NCBI RefSeq assembly: GCF_009834535.1
Contig: NC_045697.1
Location: 49,788,001-49,852,000, forward strand
Length of the DNA stretch: 64,000 nucleotides
Source: Camelus ferus
Lineage: Eukaryota
Direction: 5' to 3'
Of this stretch, positions 36,319 to 50,269 are shown piece after piece. Positions within the stretch are counted from its first letter, which is position 1. Every line of letters starts with the position of its first letter. A program made the translations under genes and the position numbers. A model generated the notes under the pieces. That model worked only from the letters and a program-made list of their open reading frames with translations. It searched no databases and was not told the DNA's origin.

Positions 36319-37217
36319 CCCAGAAATTAAGCTGTAATGACACGAGGCATCCACTGAATGTACTGCATGAGCTTATCTCCCACACGTCTAGTGTGTTCCT
36401 AGCTTTGTATCATCCTTGGGAGAACTGAGAAAATAATCACACAGGTCATTTTCAGTAAGCCTTAATTCTCCAGCAGAACCCCAGGAGAAAGGCAGCATGG
36501 TTGCTGGTTTCATCTCACATCTGGTTCTTTTTGTGGCTGTGGGGTGACTGCTATAGCAATGGCTATTATTTTCCATTTTTGCTTCCAGTGGGAGGAAGAG
36601 ATCCAGTCTGAGGAAAGTGAGGAGGGATTTTTGCAGAGGCCCAGCAGGTTTCTCCTGGCGTCTCAGCTGAAATGTGTCATCTACTCATTTTGGAGGTGAG
36701 CCCTAGTAAGGGGAAGGGATCGCTCTGATTGGCTGGAACTATTTGGGTCTGGCCCATGGAGCTGCAGTTGGATCAAGTTACTTAATTGCTAACTGGTACC
36801 ATTTCTAATTTGCCTTCTCACTTGATTTACAGTTTTTTTGTAGCTCAAAAATAACTTTTCCTTAAACTTGAGCATATTGCTCCATTGTTTTCTTGCCTCC
36901 AGTAGTGTGGATATGAAGTGTTATGTTAATCTAATTTTTGTTGCTTTAAAGTGTAATCTTTAAAGAAGCCTTTGTTTTTGTTGTCAAATTTTGTCACAGT
37001 TTGACTAGGAGTTGGTGTTTTTTCATTTATCTTGCCTAGTACTCAACGGATTCTTTCTACATATAGATTTATGTCATTCTTTGACTCAGGGAAATATTCT
37101 GCCATTTTTTATTTTTAAAAAATTTTTGTATTCCCTAATTCTGTCTCTCCTCACCTTTTAGAACTTCTACGACATGGGTATTAGGCCTTCTCTTCTCTTT
37201 CCTCCTTGTCTTTAATT

Positions 37218-37668
37218 GCCATGCTGGGTTTAATTGTGTTCCCCAAATTCATATGTTAAAGTCCCAACCTCCATAACTCAGAATGTGACCTTATTTGCAA
37301 ATAGGGTTGTTGCAGGTGTAATTAACTAAGATGAGGTCATACTGGACCCTAATCCAATATGACTACTGTTCTTGTAAAAAGGGGAAATCTGGATACAAAT
37401 ACACCCACAGGGAGAACGCCATGTGAACGTGAAAGCAGAGATGGAGATGATGCAGCTATAAGCCAAGGAAGACCAAAGGCTGCAAGTAAACCAGCAGAGA
37501 TGGGGAGAGGCATAGAAGTGGCTCTTCCTCAGAGCCCACAAAAGGAACTAACCTTGTCAACACTTTGATCTTGGACTGCTAGCCTCCAGAAGTGAGACAA
37601 TAAATGTTTGTTGTTTGAGCCACCCAATCTATGGTACTTTATGACTATACCCGAGGAAAGTAAATCAA
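37218..37668 (+). mobile_element. MLT1B/C LTR inserted in old L1
   Basis: CCCCAAATTCATATGTT...CTCAGAATGTGACCTTATTTG...AGCCTCCAGAAGTGAGACAATAAA. Confidence 0.88.
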
Positions 37669-37899
37669 CTGTGTTGATACCCTGCATTTCTTTTGCTGTT
37701 TTGCTGTGACCCAGAAGAATTCCTCATTTTGCTCTCAGAGCTCATTAATTTGTTCTACAGCAATGTCCATTCAGTTTGTTATTTGGCCACTTATATTTTC
37801 ATTTTCAAGATCTATAATCAGTTCATTTTCATAACGGCCTATTCTTATCTCATGGATACAGGAAACAATTTTTTTCAAAGACTTTTTTCCTTTGAGATG

Positions 37900-38775
37900 T
37901 ATTAGATAGGATGGTATTCAGTTTCAAGTAACAGAAACCACAATAAACTGTAACTTAAACAAGTAATAGGATTATTTTTCTCATAAATTAAAATGTCCAT
38001 AAATGAGCATCAAGAGCTGTCATCCAGGGACCAGGCTTCTTCCATCTTTTATCCTACTGTTCTGAGTATGTGGACTTCATTCTTATGAATGTAAGATGGC
38101 TCTTGTACCTCACAGCATTGGGTATGCATTCTTGACCAGAAGAAAGAAAGACAGAATAAAAAGGAAGGATTGGTGTCTGTATTAGTATAAAAAAGCATGA
38201 CAAAAGTCCAAAGTTATAGTGACTTAAAGACAAAGCTTACCTCTTATACTAATGATATAATGGTAGGTGGTCCAGAGCTGACATTCCACCCCATGGTGTC
38301 AGGGAGCTAGGTTTCTTTAATCTTTTTTGTTCTCCCATCCAAAATATGTGGTTTTAAAATGTGATCCAACATGGCTGCTCAAGATCCAGCCATCATCTTT
38401 TTATTCCATCTACCAAGAAATTGGGCAAGTGAGGAGGACATGAACTTATATTCTACTGGCCAGAGCTTAGAGTCTCTTCTCCCCTAAGGCTGTCATGGGC
38501 TTAGCTAAAATTAGGGGTTCTAAAATGAATAAAGAAGAGAAGAGTGAATATTAGGAGACAACTGACCAGCTCTGTTACAATTAGTAAAGCAAAACTTACC
38601 CAGAAATATCCAGCAGGCTTCTATTTCATGGGACAGATCTATGTTCTCTGACATGGTTGAGAGGTAGAGTTCTGTAAAATCATGCATTCATTCAATCATC
38701 ATCAATTAAGATTCTGGTAGTAAGGAAGAAATGGAGAATGGATATTGGGCAGGCCAACTAGCAAGTCAGTCACAC
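37900..38775 (-). mobile_element. Nested degraded MLT1 LTRs
   Basis: Two sets of AAGATGGCT/ACATGGCTGCT motifs and ATATT(G/A)GG termini. Confidence 0.6.
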
Positions 38776-39299
38776 TTGTGTATAAGTTTTTCAATTTATG
38801 CCATAATACTTCTTTCATGGTATTTGGTTTACTTAAATTATAAGTGTTTCTTGGTTATATGACCCCTCATCTTATAGTTGGTGTGCTAATTTATGAACAT
38901 GAGAGTTCCTATCAGCATTCCTCTGAATGTTGCATCTATTTACCACAGACTGCCTCCAGGGATTTCAGGAGGGTAGGAGGAGTCCCTGCAAGGCAGAGTA
39001 GCCTGGTCTTCTGAGTGTGGAGACTTCGCCCTCCAGGCTGGTTCCTTGCCGAGAGCCCACATTCACTGCCCTACCTGAGGACTAATGACTTCACTAGCTC
39101 ACTACCTGCCCATAGGGAGAATGGCTGACCTCCTGAATGGACCTTTGGTGGAACCTTGACAAATCACCCCAGGAGTTCATCTTCAGGCCCCTGCAGGTGC
39201 TCCTTATCCACTACTTCAGAACTGAGTGTCCTTGGAGTAGCTGCTGCCTTTTGCAGAAGTTCTCTGATGTACAGGTTTGGGTCATTTTTTGAAATTAAT

Positions 39300-39391
39300 T
39301 ATTTTTTTCCTTGGCTTTATTGAGATATAATTGACATATAACATTGTGTAAGTTTAAAGTATACAGTGTGCTGATCTGACCCATTTATACA
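39300..39391 (-). mobile_element. L1 3' terminal fragment
   Basis: GCTTTATTGAGATATAATTGACATATAACATTGTGTAAGTTTAAAG. Confidence 0.8.
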
Positions 39392-39853
39392 TTGACTGAA
39401 AAAAAAGCACAACCTAAAAGTTGAGAATTATGTTTTGTTTGGTGGATTTTCTGAGTACTTTAAGCCCAGGAGACAGCCTCTCAGGTCGCTCTCAGGTCGC
39501 TCTGAGGAACTGCTCAGAAGATGTGAGGCAGGAACCAGAATATAAAGGAGTTTTTACAACAAAGACGAGGTAGTCAGAACATCAAAAGATTACTGTTAAA
39601 CAAAGCCAGATATCTCAAGTTAATGAATTTGGACTTTTCTACTTATGGGAAGATGCAACAGTCTGGGCTCACTGAACTCACTCCTTTAATATGCATCTCA
39701 GCTATCTAAGGCCAGTATCCTGATCTTTCCCACCATGAATCCTCTTAGGGTGCACCTTAAGAGGGTAGGGGCACCCTTAGGGGCAGCTGTAGTGTCTTGA
39801 TGGCTGCAGCATCCTTTGTTTACTGATATGGCATGTGACATTTTTCATTCACA
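39392..39853 (-). mobile_element. MER4/MER41-group ERV1 solo LTR
   Basis: CACAACCTAAAAGTTGAGAATTATG...GAGACAGCCTCTCAG...TTTGTTTACTGATATGGCA...CACA; internal 11-bp tandem duplication CTCTCAGGTCG. Confidence 0.8.
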
Positions 39854-40739
39854 CGGGCTTCATTCTCCCAAGATGTTGCTGGCTGGACCTTCTAGAACTC
39901 TGGAAACTGAGGCTGTAGGGTGGACCCTGGTGATGGAACCGAGGAGAGGGGTGAGTGAAAGATTTTGAGGTAGAACTTGCCTTCCCACAGTAGGGAACCA
40001 GGCTGGGCAGGGAGGCCTTGGTTTGCTTTTGGATGTTTGCTTTCTGAGGGTGTGGTGGGTCAGAGGGATTGTGACAACTAACAAGGGAGGGGAGTGATCT
40101 CTCCCAGTCAGGGGATGAGGCAGTCTCTGGTTCCCAGAGGTCCTCTTTCTTTCCTCAGCACCAGAAAAACTAGAAGCTTAAAAAGGGCAAACAGGAGTTG
40201 TGTAAAGAAGAGACCAGGCCCTTCCCTGCTCCAAGTCCCTGGAGGCATAAGAGCAGCATGCTTTGCAAAAAGGAAAACCTGATTTAGAGATGAAATTGAT
40301 GCTTTCAACTGGACTGGACTAAGTTTTCAGAAAGGAAAATGTTTGGAAATAAATGAAATCTGACCAAGATGTCCTTAGACACTGTATAGACAAGCAGTGA
40401 CTAGACCTCTCCTTGCACAGGTTAAACTAAACAGCTTGGTATCTCTGTCCATTTCCAAGTCAATAGTGTGTTTAAGTCAGGGCCAAGGCTCACACTCAAA
40501 GCTCTTCGGAAAGCATAATGCAGTTTATAATGTAGCAGTTAATAAATTTCATCTGCCTTATGACTGGGTGGAATGAATAGTAGTATTGACGCAGGGGCTA
40601 GGATTATTTTTCACTTGGAATCTGATGTTTAGAAATAACATAGCATTTTCAGAACTCTTCCATGAGTTTTCAGTCATTTTTTAGGAATTAAAAGCTGGAG
40701 TCCTGGAAACATCTTTGCATGTAGTTCTGGAAAATATAG

Positions 40740-41950
40740 GTTTATTTTCTGCATTATTTGAATTTTTAAAGAATTAGCTCTTGATCAATTCCACTGCTTT
40801 AATAATTCATTAATTTTTAATTTTATAAATTTTTAAATATTGACTGCTTTTTCTTTGCTTCTTCCGTTCAATACGTAATTTATTATGACCTACTTTCCTT
40901 TATACAAACATTTAGTGGTATAAATTTTCTTCAGATAACAGCTATGGTTGCTTTCAAGCATTTTATGATGTAATGTTATTAATTATTATTTAGTACTAAA
41001 CATTATGTAAGAGTTGATTTTCCTCTTTGACCTAAGAATTACTTAGGAGAATGGCCTTTACTTTCTAAGTGATTAAATTTTGTTTCTTTCAATTTTAAAA
41101 CTTTACTGATTTTTTGCATTGTGAACAAGGAAATTGACTTGGAAAATTTCTGCCCTTTGAAATTTATGAAGCCTTTCTCTGTGGTATAATATATGACAAA
41201 TTTTTATATTTTTTTCACGAGTATTTGAAAGTACGTTCTATTGTCTATAGAGTTGAGTGTTAGTAACCAGCACATAAATCAGACTTACTCATGATAGAAT
41301 TTGAATTGTCTTTATCATTATTTTTGCCCAGTTGGTCTGTTGACAATTACAATGGTAAGTGAAATCCTTCTACTACTGTTAAATTTGTGTCACTTTATTC
41401 TTGCCTTATTGTTTTTGCTTTATATAAGGAAGGTTCATGGAATTAATATCCCTAATTTGAGTTGTAGTTTCCACCAATGTAAAATCATTTTACTTCCCAT
41501 GAGTTATTTAAAAACACATATGCAGCAGCAATTTTATTATAATAGGTATTTGTTGCAAAATTTTAAAATAATATAAAGCTGCATAAGTAGAAGCCAAGAT
41601 CTTTGTTGTCACTCCCAAGAATTTTATTCCCCTGATATTCTATTATTAAAAGTTTATTGTATAATCTCCTGGACTTAAAACAATCTATATATTGATAATT
41701 ATTTTTTCACATTACATTATGTAATCTACTTTTGAAATTCTATAATATGATATGGATAGTTGTGTTGTCTCTTAATGACTACCCATTACTTAATTTTAAG
41801 AATTTAGCATGATTTACTTAACAATTCTCCTTTTAATAAGTTTTTAAGTTAGCAGGCTTTTTTTTGCTATTATAAACAACTTTAGATCTTGAATTCTGTT
41901 TCTGATAATAATATTATGAAACTTGATTCTTTATTTTCATGAGCCTGATA
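40740..41950 (-). mobile_element. Highly degraded ancient L1 (L1M)
   Basis: AT-rich, with antisense L1-like motifs (ATAAATTTTC, GTATTTGAAA, GCTATTATAAACAA). Confidence 0.5.
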
Positions 41951-42062
41951 TACCTTTGCTCATTCATTTAAAAAAATACTGCTTTTGAAAGCTTAAAAGT
42001 ATGTTTTTATTAATTTCTCTATTCAAATATCACCTTATCCATGGGGACTTCCCTAAGCATAC

Positions 42063-42426
42063 TTTATTTATTTTTATTTTTTTTAATTGAGGGAGATAAT
42101 TATGTTTATTTGTTTATTTCCTTTTTCAGTTTGATTAGATAGAATTACTACAGTTTGATTGCACTGTGCATTATATTGCATGTAGATACATATCTATAGT
42201 ATATTGCACATTTTTTTTTAGTTTACTTTCATGTACTGATCATTGTTTCTAAGAACAGATTAGAGCTTTAGCTTTTTAAACTTACATAGTTATCAAAGGA
42301 ATAAAGCCAACCACAAGATAAGAATCAACAGAATGGGGTAATCTAATCATAAATGACAATCAAATATGCTTACACATATTCAAGAAATCAGTCATCTAAG
42401 TTATAAATAATAAGTAGTTATTTGTG
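42063..42426 (-). other. SINE-type tail plus ~300 bp non-repeat, 3'UTR-like sequence joined to L1
   Basis: 42063-42120 poly-T + GAGGGAGATAATTATGTTTATT (Vic-1 tail variant); 42121-42426 unassigned; then (TTTA)n and L1. Confidence 0.5.
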
Positions 42427-42466
<40 letters not shown>

Positions 42467-43281
42467 GATTCCACCTACAAGTGATATCATATGGCATTTT
42501 CTTTCTCTTTCTGGCCCACTTCACTTAGAATGACAATCTTTAGGTCCATCCATGTTGCTGCAAATGGCATTATTTATTCTTTTTTTATGGCTGAGTAGTT
42601 GTCCATTGTATAAATATACCACAACTTCTTTATCCAGTCATCTGTCGATGGCTATTTAGGTTGTTTCCATGTCTTGGCTATTGTAAACAGCTTGGCTCTA
42701 TGAACATTGAGGTGCATGTGTCTTTTTGAATTTTATTATTCTTTGGGTGTATGCCCAGGAGTGGGATTGCTGGATCATATGGTAAGTCTATTTTCAGTTT
42801 TTTAAGGAACCTCCATACTGTCCTCTCTAGTGGCTGCATCAATCTACACTCCCACCAAGAGTGTGGGAGGATTCCCTTTTCTCCACACCCTCTCCAGCAT
42901 CTATCATTTGTAGACTTTTCAATGATGGCCATTCTGCCTGGTGTGAGATATCCCATTTTAGTTTTGATCTGCATTTCTCTGACAATTAGTGATGCTTAGA
43001 ATTTTTACATGTGCCTATTGGCCACTTGTATGTCTTCATTGGAGAATTGCTTGCTTAGGTCTTCTGCCCATTTTTGGAATCAGTTGCTTGTTTTTTTGAT
43101 ATTAAGCTGTATGAGCTGTTTGTATATTTTGGAAATTAGTCCCTTGTCAGTTGCATAATTTGCAAATATTTTCTCCCATTCTGTAGGTTGTCTTTCTGTT
43201 TTGTTGATGGTATTCTTAGCTGTACAAAACCTTTTAAGTTTAATTAGATCCCATTTGTTTATTTTTGCTTTTGTTTCTATT
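42427..43281 (-). mobile_element. L1 ORF2 end/3'UTR, ending at internal A-rich tract
   Basis: ORF remnant [25 protein letters not shown]; stops at GGAATCT followed by (TAAA)n. Confidence 0.92.
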
Positions 43282-46200
43282 TATGACCTCATCTGAATAT
43301 TGAGTTCAAACTTGGCCATTTGTTATTGGGCCAATGTATATACTTGTTATATTTCTACTAACTCACAAATAGATGCAAAAGAATACTCAGAATACAAGGA
43401 ATATCAAGTAACTACCAACTGATTTAAGAAAAAGAACACCACACTATTATTAAGTTCCTTCTCTCATTCCATCCTTCTTCCCCAGAGGTACCATTCCTTT
43501 CAATTTTGCATTTATCAGTTTCTCACTTTTCTCTATAGTTTTATGACATATGTTTACATCTCTGAACAATACATTTTTAAAGCATTTTCATTTTGTATGA
43601 GTAGAATCATACTTTTTTCTGTAACCCAATTCTTTATCATTATGATTGAGATTAATCCATTTTGTGATGTTCACTTTCATGGCACTAGAGTATTTCATTG
43701 TATGCACATTCCATGCTTTATTTATTCATTTTACTCTTTATGAACTTGTGTTGTTTAGATTTTTAGAAGTTTTACCCTTAACACAGTATTTCTATGAACA
43801 TTCTTATGTCATGTGTGCCCATGTATAAATGCAAGACTTTTCCTAATGTGTATGTGTAGTGTGTAGGTAATGATGGAGTGTGAGGTTGGAAGTCAAGTTT
43901 CATTTTCCTCATATGGATATCCAGTTGTATCAGTTATCCTTTCCCCACTCCTATGAGTGCCACATCTATAATATACCAGGTGTCATTTATGAATGAGCCC
44001 GTGTCTAGTCACTTTATTCTGTTTCATAGGCTTATTTGTGTCTTGGGGCATCGATATACTACTGAGTCTTCCGATCTGTGAACATGGTATATCTCTCCAT
44101 TTATTTAGGCCTCCCCTACTGTCTCTCAATAAAGCTTTCTAAGTTTCCCTATCAGAAGTACTGAACATTTTGTCCCTCTAGCCCTATGAAGATGCCAAAA
44201 ACACTGCTAAGCCTCTCAGCTGCCTCTCCCAAATTGGCCAGCATGTTTTGGCAAGATGCCAGACTCATCTTTGGATTTCTATTTTCTTGTAGGTCTTGGC
44301 TTGGTAATTCCACATTCTCTTTTTAGCTTTTTGATACTTTAAAGATCATGATTTTTATATTTTGCCCAGGTATTTTAGTCTCCTTCAGCAAGACAGTTGG
44401 CCCAAATTACCCAGTCTGCCACCCTTGGGAGGAAGTCCTTAAATCTTATACTTGCATCTTCTTAGATCTTTCCATTTTATCTCTCCTTTCCCTCATTCAT
44501 GGTTTAGCTCTTCTGCATCAAGTTTCACTCTGTCCTTTGCTTCTTTCTTCCTATTTGCTTACATTTCTTTCAGCTTCTCTGATGAGCTTTCCTTTCCCCC
44601 TTTCTTTGTATTTTAATTAAAATACAGCACATTTTATGGTCAAGAAAAGCAGAAATGAGCTTGGTGGAAGATAAGATCATTAGCACAACCCTCCAAACAA
44701 AACATCAGAACAACAATCCCACCAGGATTCAGCTGTAAAGCACATTTACTTATCATATTCTTGATTCAGAAGGAAACTCATAGAAGAAAATCAGAAGGCA
44801 GTGTGGCAGTGCTGAGAGAGCTTGACTTCAGATTAGGATAGACTTGGACCTCTATCTGTCTCCACCGCTTATAGCTGCAGAAACATGGGCAGAGCTAAGG
44901 ACTTTGATCAATTAATGTAAGTTGACCTCTTTCTCTCCTTTTGATTGGCTAATAAATCTATATTTTGTCCATCCATGCTAAATAACTGCTCTGATACTCT
45001 TTTCCACAGTGGACAGAAGAGTTCAATTTTTTTTTAAAGAAAGATCACTGCATGTACTTTATCTGAAGTCTCAACAAGTAAATATGGGCTGTCAGATATT
45101 TCTGGTCCTTTCAGTTATTTTGAAATTTGAAATGTTTAGTTCTCTGGATTGGCTGAACGCATCATATTACCTAATTAAGTAGTGTCTGTCCTTTGGTATT
45201 TCTTTAGTTGGCACTAGGAAAAAGAGTTATGGTTTTGATATAGGAGACTTCTGGGAGAGCTCATTGAAGATTAACAACAGAGGATTTAGGGCAGGGAGGA
45301 GGAGAGGACTTTTGAGAGATTAGATTTCAGGGATTGAAAATGATTATAGCCCTTGCTTGACAGGTGTATCTCAATTTACACAAAAGGTTAAATTCTGAAA
45401 ATTTGTATATGCATCAACTTTTAATAGGTGTAATCACATTAGAATTTCCTGAAAGGTCTTAGTACATAATGAAACCTGGTTGTGAATCTTTTTGAAAAGT
45501 GAAAAATGTTCTTCTTTTCTTATTTGTAAAATATCAAATTCTATTAAAACAAATGTTATATGGATTTGAAATGTTAACTGTCAAAAATATACTTGAAGTA
45601 TAAACACATTATTCATTTACCAAGGAGCAGATTTTTCTAAAATAAACCGGGATAAAAAGTAGCATATTGTTACCTTCTTAAATGCTGACATTATGCATTT
45701 TTCTGAGGAATAGATTTTAAATTTAAATTTTAGCAGATCAGGTATTTAGGTTTTCTTCTCTGTCTCACCCTCTCTCCCCCTCTTTCTCTTTTTCCTTAAT
45801 TTAGCAATTGATTTTCAAAGCTGAGAACTCCTACATTTTGCTTCTTCTATTTGTCCAGTCTGTACATATAGTACCACGTACAGATAGCTATACAAAGAAC
45901 AAAGATGTTATTATAGTCTTATATAATATCTTATATTTTTCTAATAATTTAATTATTTCTTTCTCAAGTAATTTCCCTAAGATCACTGGGGACTTGTATA
46001 GTCTTGAGTAAGTAAACTTAAAGTATAGTTTTTCTATTTTAGGAAGCTTAATTCCAAATTCTATCTTGGCATCCAGTGTCTTCTTTGGATGGTGTGAGCC
46101 AGTCCAGTACACTAGCACCTTTTGCTCAGAGCTAAATTGACAGAGATACGCTCAAATGAATGACCATTCTCATTTCAACTAATAGCTTAGCAGGAACACA

Positions 46201-47249
46201 AGTCTATAAACTGTTGGGAACATGAAAGGGGGAATTGGTATGAGTAAAAGAATGGGGTAGAAGGAATATTTTATATCTCATTAAGACAGGAGTAATGATG
46301 CTTCAGACTGAATGAAACCTTGCCCTTGAAGCTGGCTCTGGAAATTTGGAACTCTCCGGGAAATAAAAATTTAAGCTCTGAAATCCAATTGTGGTGAAAT
46401 CAACAGATAAAGTTTTGGTCCAGCCTGGTGTTTACAAAGAACAGATATTCATAGTTAATGGCAACTCTCTCTTAGGAGGTCACTTCTGAAGTCTCCTGCC
46501 TCCTGGAAAGTGATATCTATCTTAGAGAAGTTTCGTCTCCACAATGCCCTGCCTTGTGTTGTCAGTCTGTCAGATTTGGAGTTTCCATTACAAAGATCTA
46601 TCAAGAGAAAAAGAGAAGGATGATAATGCGTCCAAGAATAATGTTCATTTACTTATTTTCTCCGGGTCCCCAAAGCACTACATAAATGGGACAAATGAGA
46701 GAAAGAATGTTGATGATTTGTACATTAACTGCATGTGGTGGTAGATGATAGTTTTCTTTGGAGCCCCTTCAAGGCGAAAGTGTGCAAGTTTATCACATTG
46801 GGTTGCAGTATTTACATCAAACAGTATCATATAATTTTACAGGCATTGTAAACTCACTTTTGCTATGGCCTAATGCAGCCTGTTTCTTTGAAGGCAGCAT
46901 GACATTCCAGGGAAGGTGTTTCAACTCATAATGAGAATCAGGACACACAGGAAGAATACAGCTCCTGCCTTATGACTAGTAGGGCTAACCCCTAAGTCCT
47001 CATTCTGCCAGCAGTCAGTGCTCCTCTTGGATCTGATTCAGAGCAGGGGATGCTTGGGCCTGGGGGATGATGCCTTTGATTTTTCTCGGTGACTGGAGAG
47101 CACTACTGAGACTTAGCAGGTAAGGGCCAGTGATGATGAATGTCCTGCAAAACACGAGGCAGTCCCACAAATGAGGAATTGTTCTGTCTGAAGTACACAT
47201 TACATTCCTTCTCGAGAAGACAGCAAGAACGACAGAAACACAGTCTACA

Positions 47250-47760
47250 CCTTGTCTCGGTTACCAATTCTGTGTTACAAATTACCTTGAAACTTAGTGG
47301 ATTAAAACAATGGTGCTTTATTATTTTTCACAGTTCTGTGGGTTGATTGCTCTCAACTGGGCTGTTCCATTCTATGTGGTACAACTGAGGGCATTTGAGC
47401 AGCTGCATTCAACTGGGAGCTCAGCTGGGCTTAGAACATTCAGGATGGCATCCCACTCTCCAAAGTCTTTCTCTAAGTGGCTTCTTCTTATTCTGTAGTC
47501 TAGCATGAACTTTTTTACAGCCTGGAGGCTGGCTTCCAAGAGAGAGTTTTACAGAAGTGCAAATATGGATGCTACAAGGCCACTTGTAGGCTAAGCTTGG
47601 ACAAAGCACATCACTCTGTCTCATTCTGTTGGACAAAGCAATTCCCAGGGCCAGCCCCGATTCAAAGGGATGGTAAATAAAAGAGAGGAGCAGTAGTCTC
47701 ATTGCAGCAGCCTTGAGGTTGGGAGGGTTTGTTGTGGTCTCTTAAGAAATGACTCCTACA
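47250..47760 (-). mobile_element. MLT1G/H-like LTR
   Basis: AAACTTAGTGGATTAAAACAA...CAGGATGGCATC...GGCCAGCCCCGATTCAA. Confidence 0.8.
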
Positions 47761-48249
47761 CATATTATTGCGTTTAGTTCTCTGTGAGGTAGGACTTACT
47801 GATCCCATTTTACAGAAGGTGGAACTGAGGCTTTCAGAGGTGAAGTGACAGACTTAAGACCACACCACTGGTAAGTGGTGAGGCACAAAGCCAGGTTGCC
47901 TCATCCCAAGATCCTTTTGTCTTCTTATTTTATTTTCTTAAGTTAGAAGTTATTTCAGGGTTAGGCCAAGTGAACAAGGTTTGTTAATTTAGTGAGTGTT
48001 CCCCTTTCAGTGGCTGTTGAACATCTTCTGGACTTTCATCCTAAAATGTCATGCAAATTGCCCGTGGCCCCTGTACTGTGGTGTCTCATCTAAGTCACAC
48101 TTTCTTGGACTGTAGTCAAAGATTTGAACACTCTCCTCAATACCTACCCCTATTCCAATGATGAGATTCTTTTTCTTGTCCTGCTCTCAGTTAATACTGA
48201 ACCAGAAAGCAGTTAATAATCTGACTTGAGTGTCACACAAGAATAGCAA

Positions 48250-48860
48250 TTGCCTGACATTTCCTGCCTACCCAGCATCTATTTTCCCACCTGGTAGCAG
48301 AATCCCAGTTTTCCCTGAGGAATCCATTTCTCCCTTCCTTTTATTTCACGTGGTTCAAATGGCAGTGAATACAATTTCTGCTCTAGGAGTTGGCAGGTCC
48401 TGAGGGCTGGCTAATCAGAGGTTTGCCTTTCTCTTACCACAGTCATTGGTTCACAGGTGAGCATATGACCTGAGCTAGGTCAATAAAAAGCCACTAGAAT
48501 TAAATTCAGCCCAGTACCTTTGGAGGGAGATATAGAGAAGAAGCATGTTCTTTCCTGTTGGGGTTTCTGGGAAGATGAGAGGTAAGCACGGAGCTGCTGG
48601 GAGCCACCTTGTCCTTGCAAGGCAAGAGCGTGCAGGAGAATAAAATCAACCAGTGAGACAGAGGGGAAATGGTGATGAGGATGAGATGGTCCAAGAGCAT
48701 CATCTGATGCTCTGGAAAGGGCCAAAGCCAGATTTACCCCTGGATTTTTTCAGGATGTTAACCAATAAATTCCACACTCCTCCTCCTTTTATTTATTTAT
48801 TTATTTTGCTTCAGCCAGTGCTGAGTTTTCTATCAACTACAATGGAACAAATCCTGATTG
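48250..48860 (+). mobile_element. MLT1K/L-like LTR
   Basis: CACAGTCATTGGTTCACAGGTGAGCATATGACC...AACCAATAAATTCC. Confidence 0.75.
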
Positions 48861-49224
48861 AGAGATCATTTATGGTGCCCAAAAGAGCTCTTAGAAAAAC
48901 ACTCCACAGTAAAAATGCCTATGAAAAAGAAAGAATTCAGGAATTCCATTGTGATTCAAATGAGGGAGATCCTAGGGCAGCTGTGATGATAAAAACTCCA
49001 GGTAAGTACAGACAAGTGTGATGTGAGATCAGGAATTCTATTCATAAGAAACAAAATAGCAGTAAGTGCTATTATATTGTATTCTGTAGCCAGTGAGATT
49101 ATGAATTGTACATTTTGTTTCTGAACACAAGATCTCTAGTTCATTGCCTTGTACACAGTCATTATTAAAGCAATAATAACAACAGCCCTAAACCCCAGCC
49201 TGCAGAACAGAGGGTCCTTTCTGA

Positions 49225-49390
49225 GGAGATGGCAGATAGGTTTTTCCTCATGTGCCAACTCTGATCGTTGCTAGTGCCTGCCTGGGGCACAGGCTGGAGA
49301 AGGATTCTGAAGCTTGGTACAGGCTGTGGGGAAGGGTGACAGAGGAGTAGTGTCTGCTATGGGGAGGAGGGAAGGTGCATGGAAGTAACA
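49225..49390 (+). mobile_element. MER102-like (hAT-Charlie) fragment
   Basis: GATGGCAGATAGGTTT...TGTGCCAACTCTGATCG...GAGAAGGATTCTGA. Confidence 0.75.
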
Positions 49391-49764
49391 TCTAGTTTCT
49401 AATACGTGGTGGTGACAAAAGGAAAGAGAGTAGAGCTACCTTTTCATTAAAAAAAAAGTTAGATGATTTCTTTGCTTGGTTACCTAAGCCTTAGGTCCCA
49501 AGTAGCGTTTGGAGGTTATTATTTACTTGGGTCAGTTGGTAACCCATATCAAGAGGTAAAATCTACCCAGCAGAAGAATATTTTCTGCCATTTTGCTTGG
49601 TTGGTTTGGGTTAGGTAGAGACTGAGTCTCAAGTAACCCTGGGAAGCCTGGTATACTCTTGCCAAATCCATACCCTCTCCTCTGTGATCTTTAGAAAAGG
49701 CAAAGAGTCACATGCCAGCTTGAACTGGTGGGGTGTACTGGTGGCATTTCTCAGAACCCCCCCA

Positions 49765-50239
49765 GGAGGGTCAGAATAATGCCCCGTCTCCCTACTCCCT
49801 GGGACTTCGGAATATGTTATGTTATGTGGCAAAGGGGAATTAAAGTTACAAATGGAATTAAGATTGCTAATCAGTTGACTCTGTCATAGGGAGACTATCC
49901 TGGATTATCTGGGTGGGCACAACCTGATCACAAGGGTCCTTAAAGATGGAAGGGAGGCAGATGAGGAGGTTGGAGTGATGTGATATGAGAGAGGCTGGGC
50001 CTGCCATTGTGACTTTGAAGATGGAGGAAGGGGGGCCTAAGTCAAGAAGCTGGAAAAGGCAAGGAAATGGATTCTCCCCTAGAGCCCACAGAAAGGAAGA
50101 CAGTCCTGCTGAGACCTTGATTTTAGCCCAGTGAGACCCATGTAAGACTTCTAATCTACAGAATGCTAAGATAATAAATTTGTATTGTTTTAAGCCACTA
50201 AGTTTGTGGTAATTTGTGATGGCAAATGGGAAACCAATA
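49765..50239 (+). mobile_element. MLT1D LTR
   Basis: GGAATTAAGATTGCTAATCAG...ATCCTGGATTATCTGGGTGGG...AAGCCACTAAGTTTGTGGTAATTTG. Confidence 0.92.
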
Positions 50240-50269
50240 TGGATTTCCTTACAATGAGAGAAAACTCTA

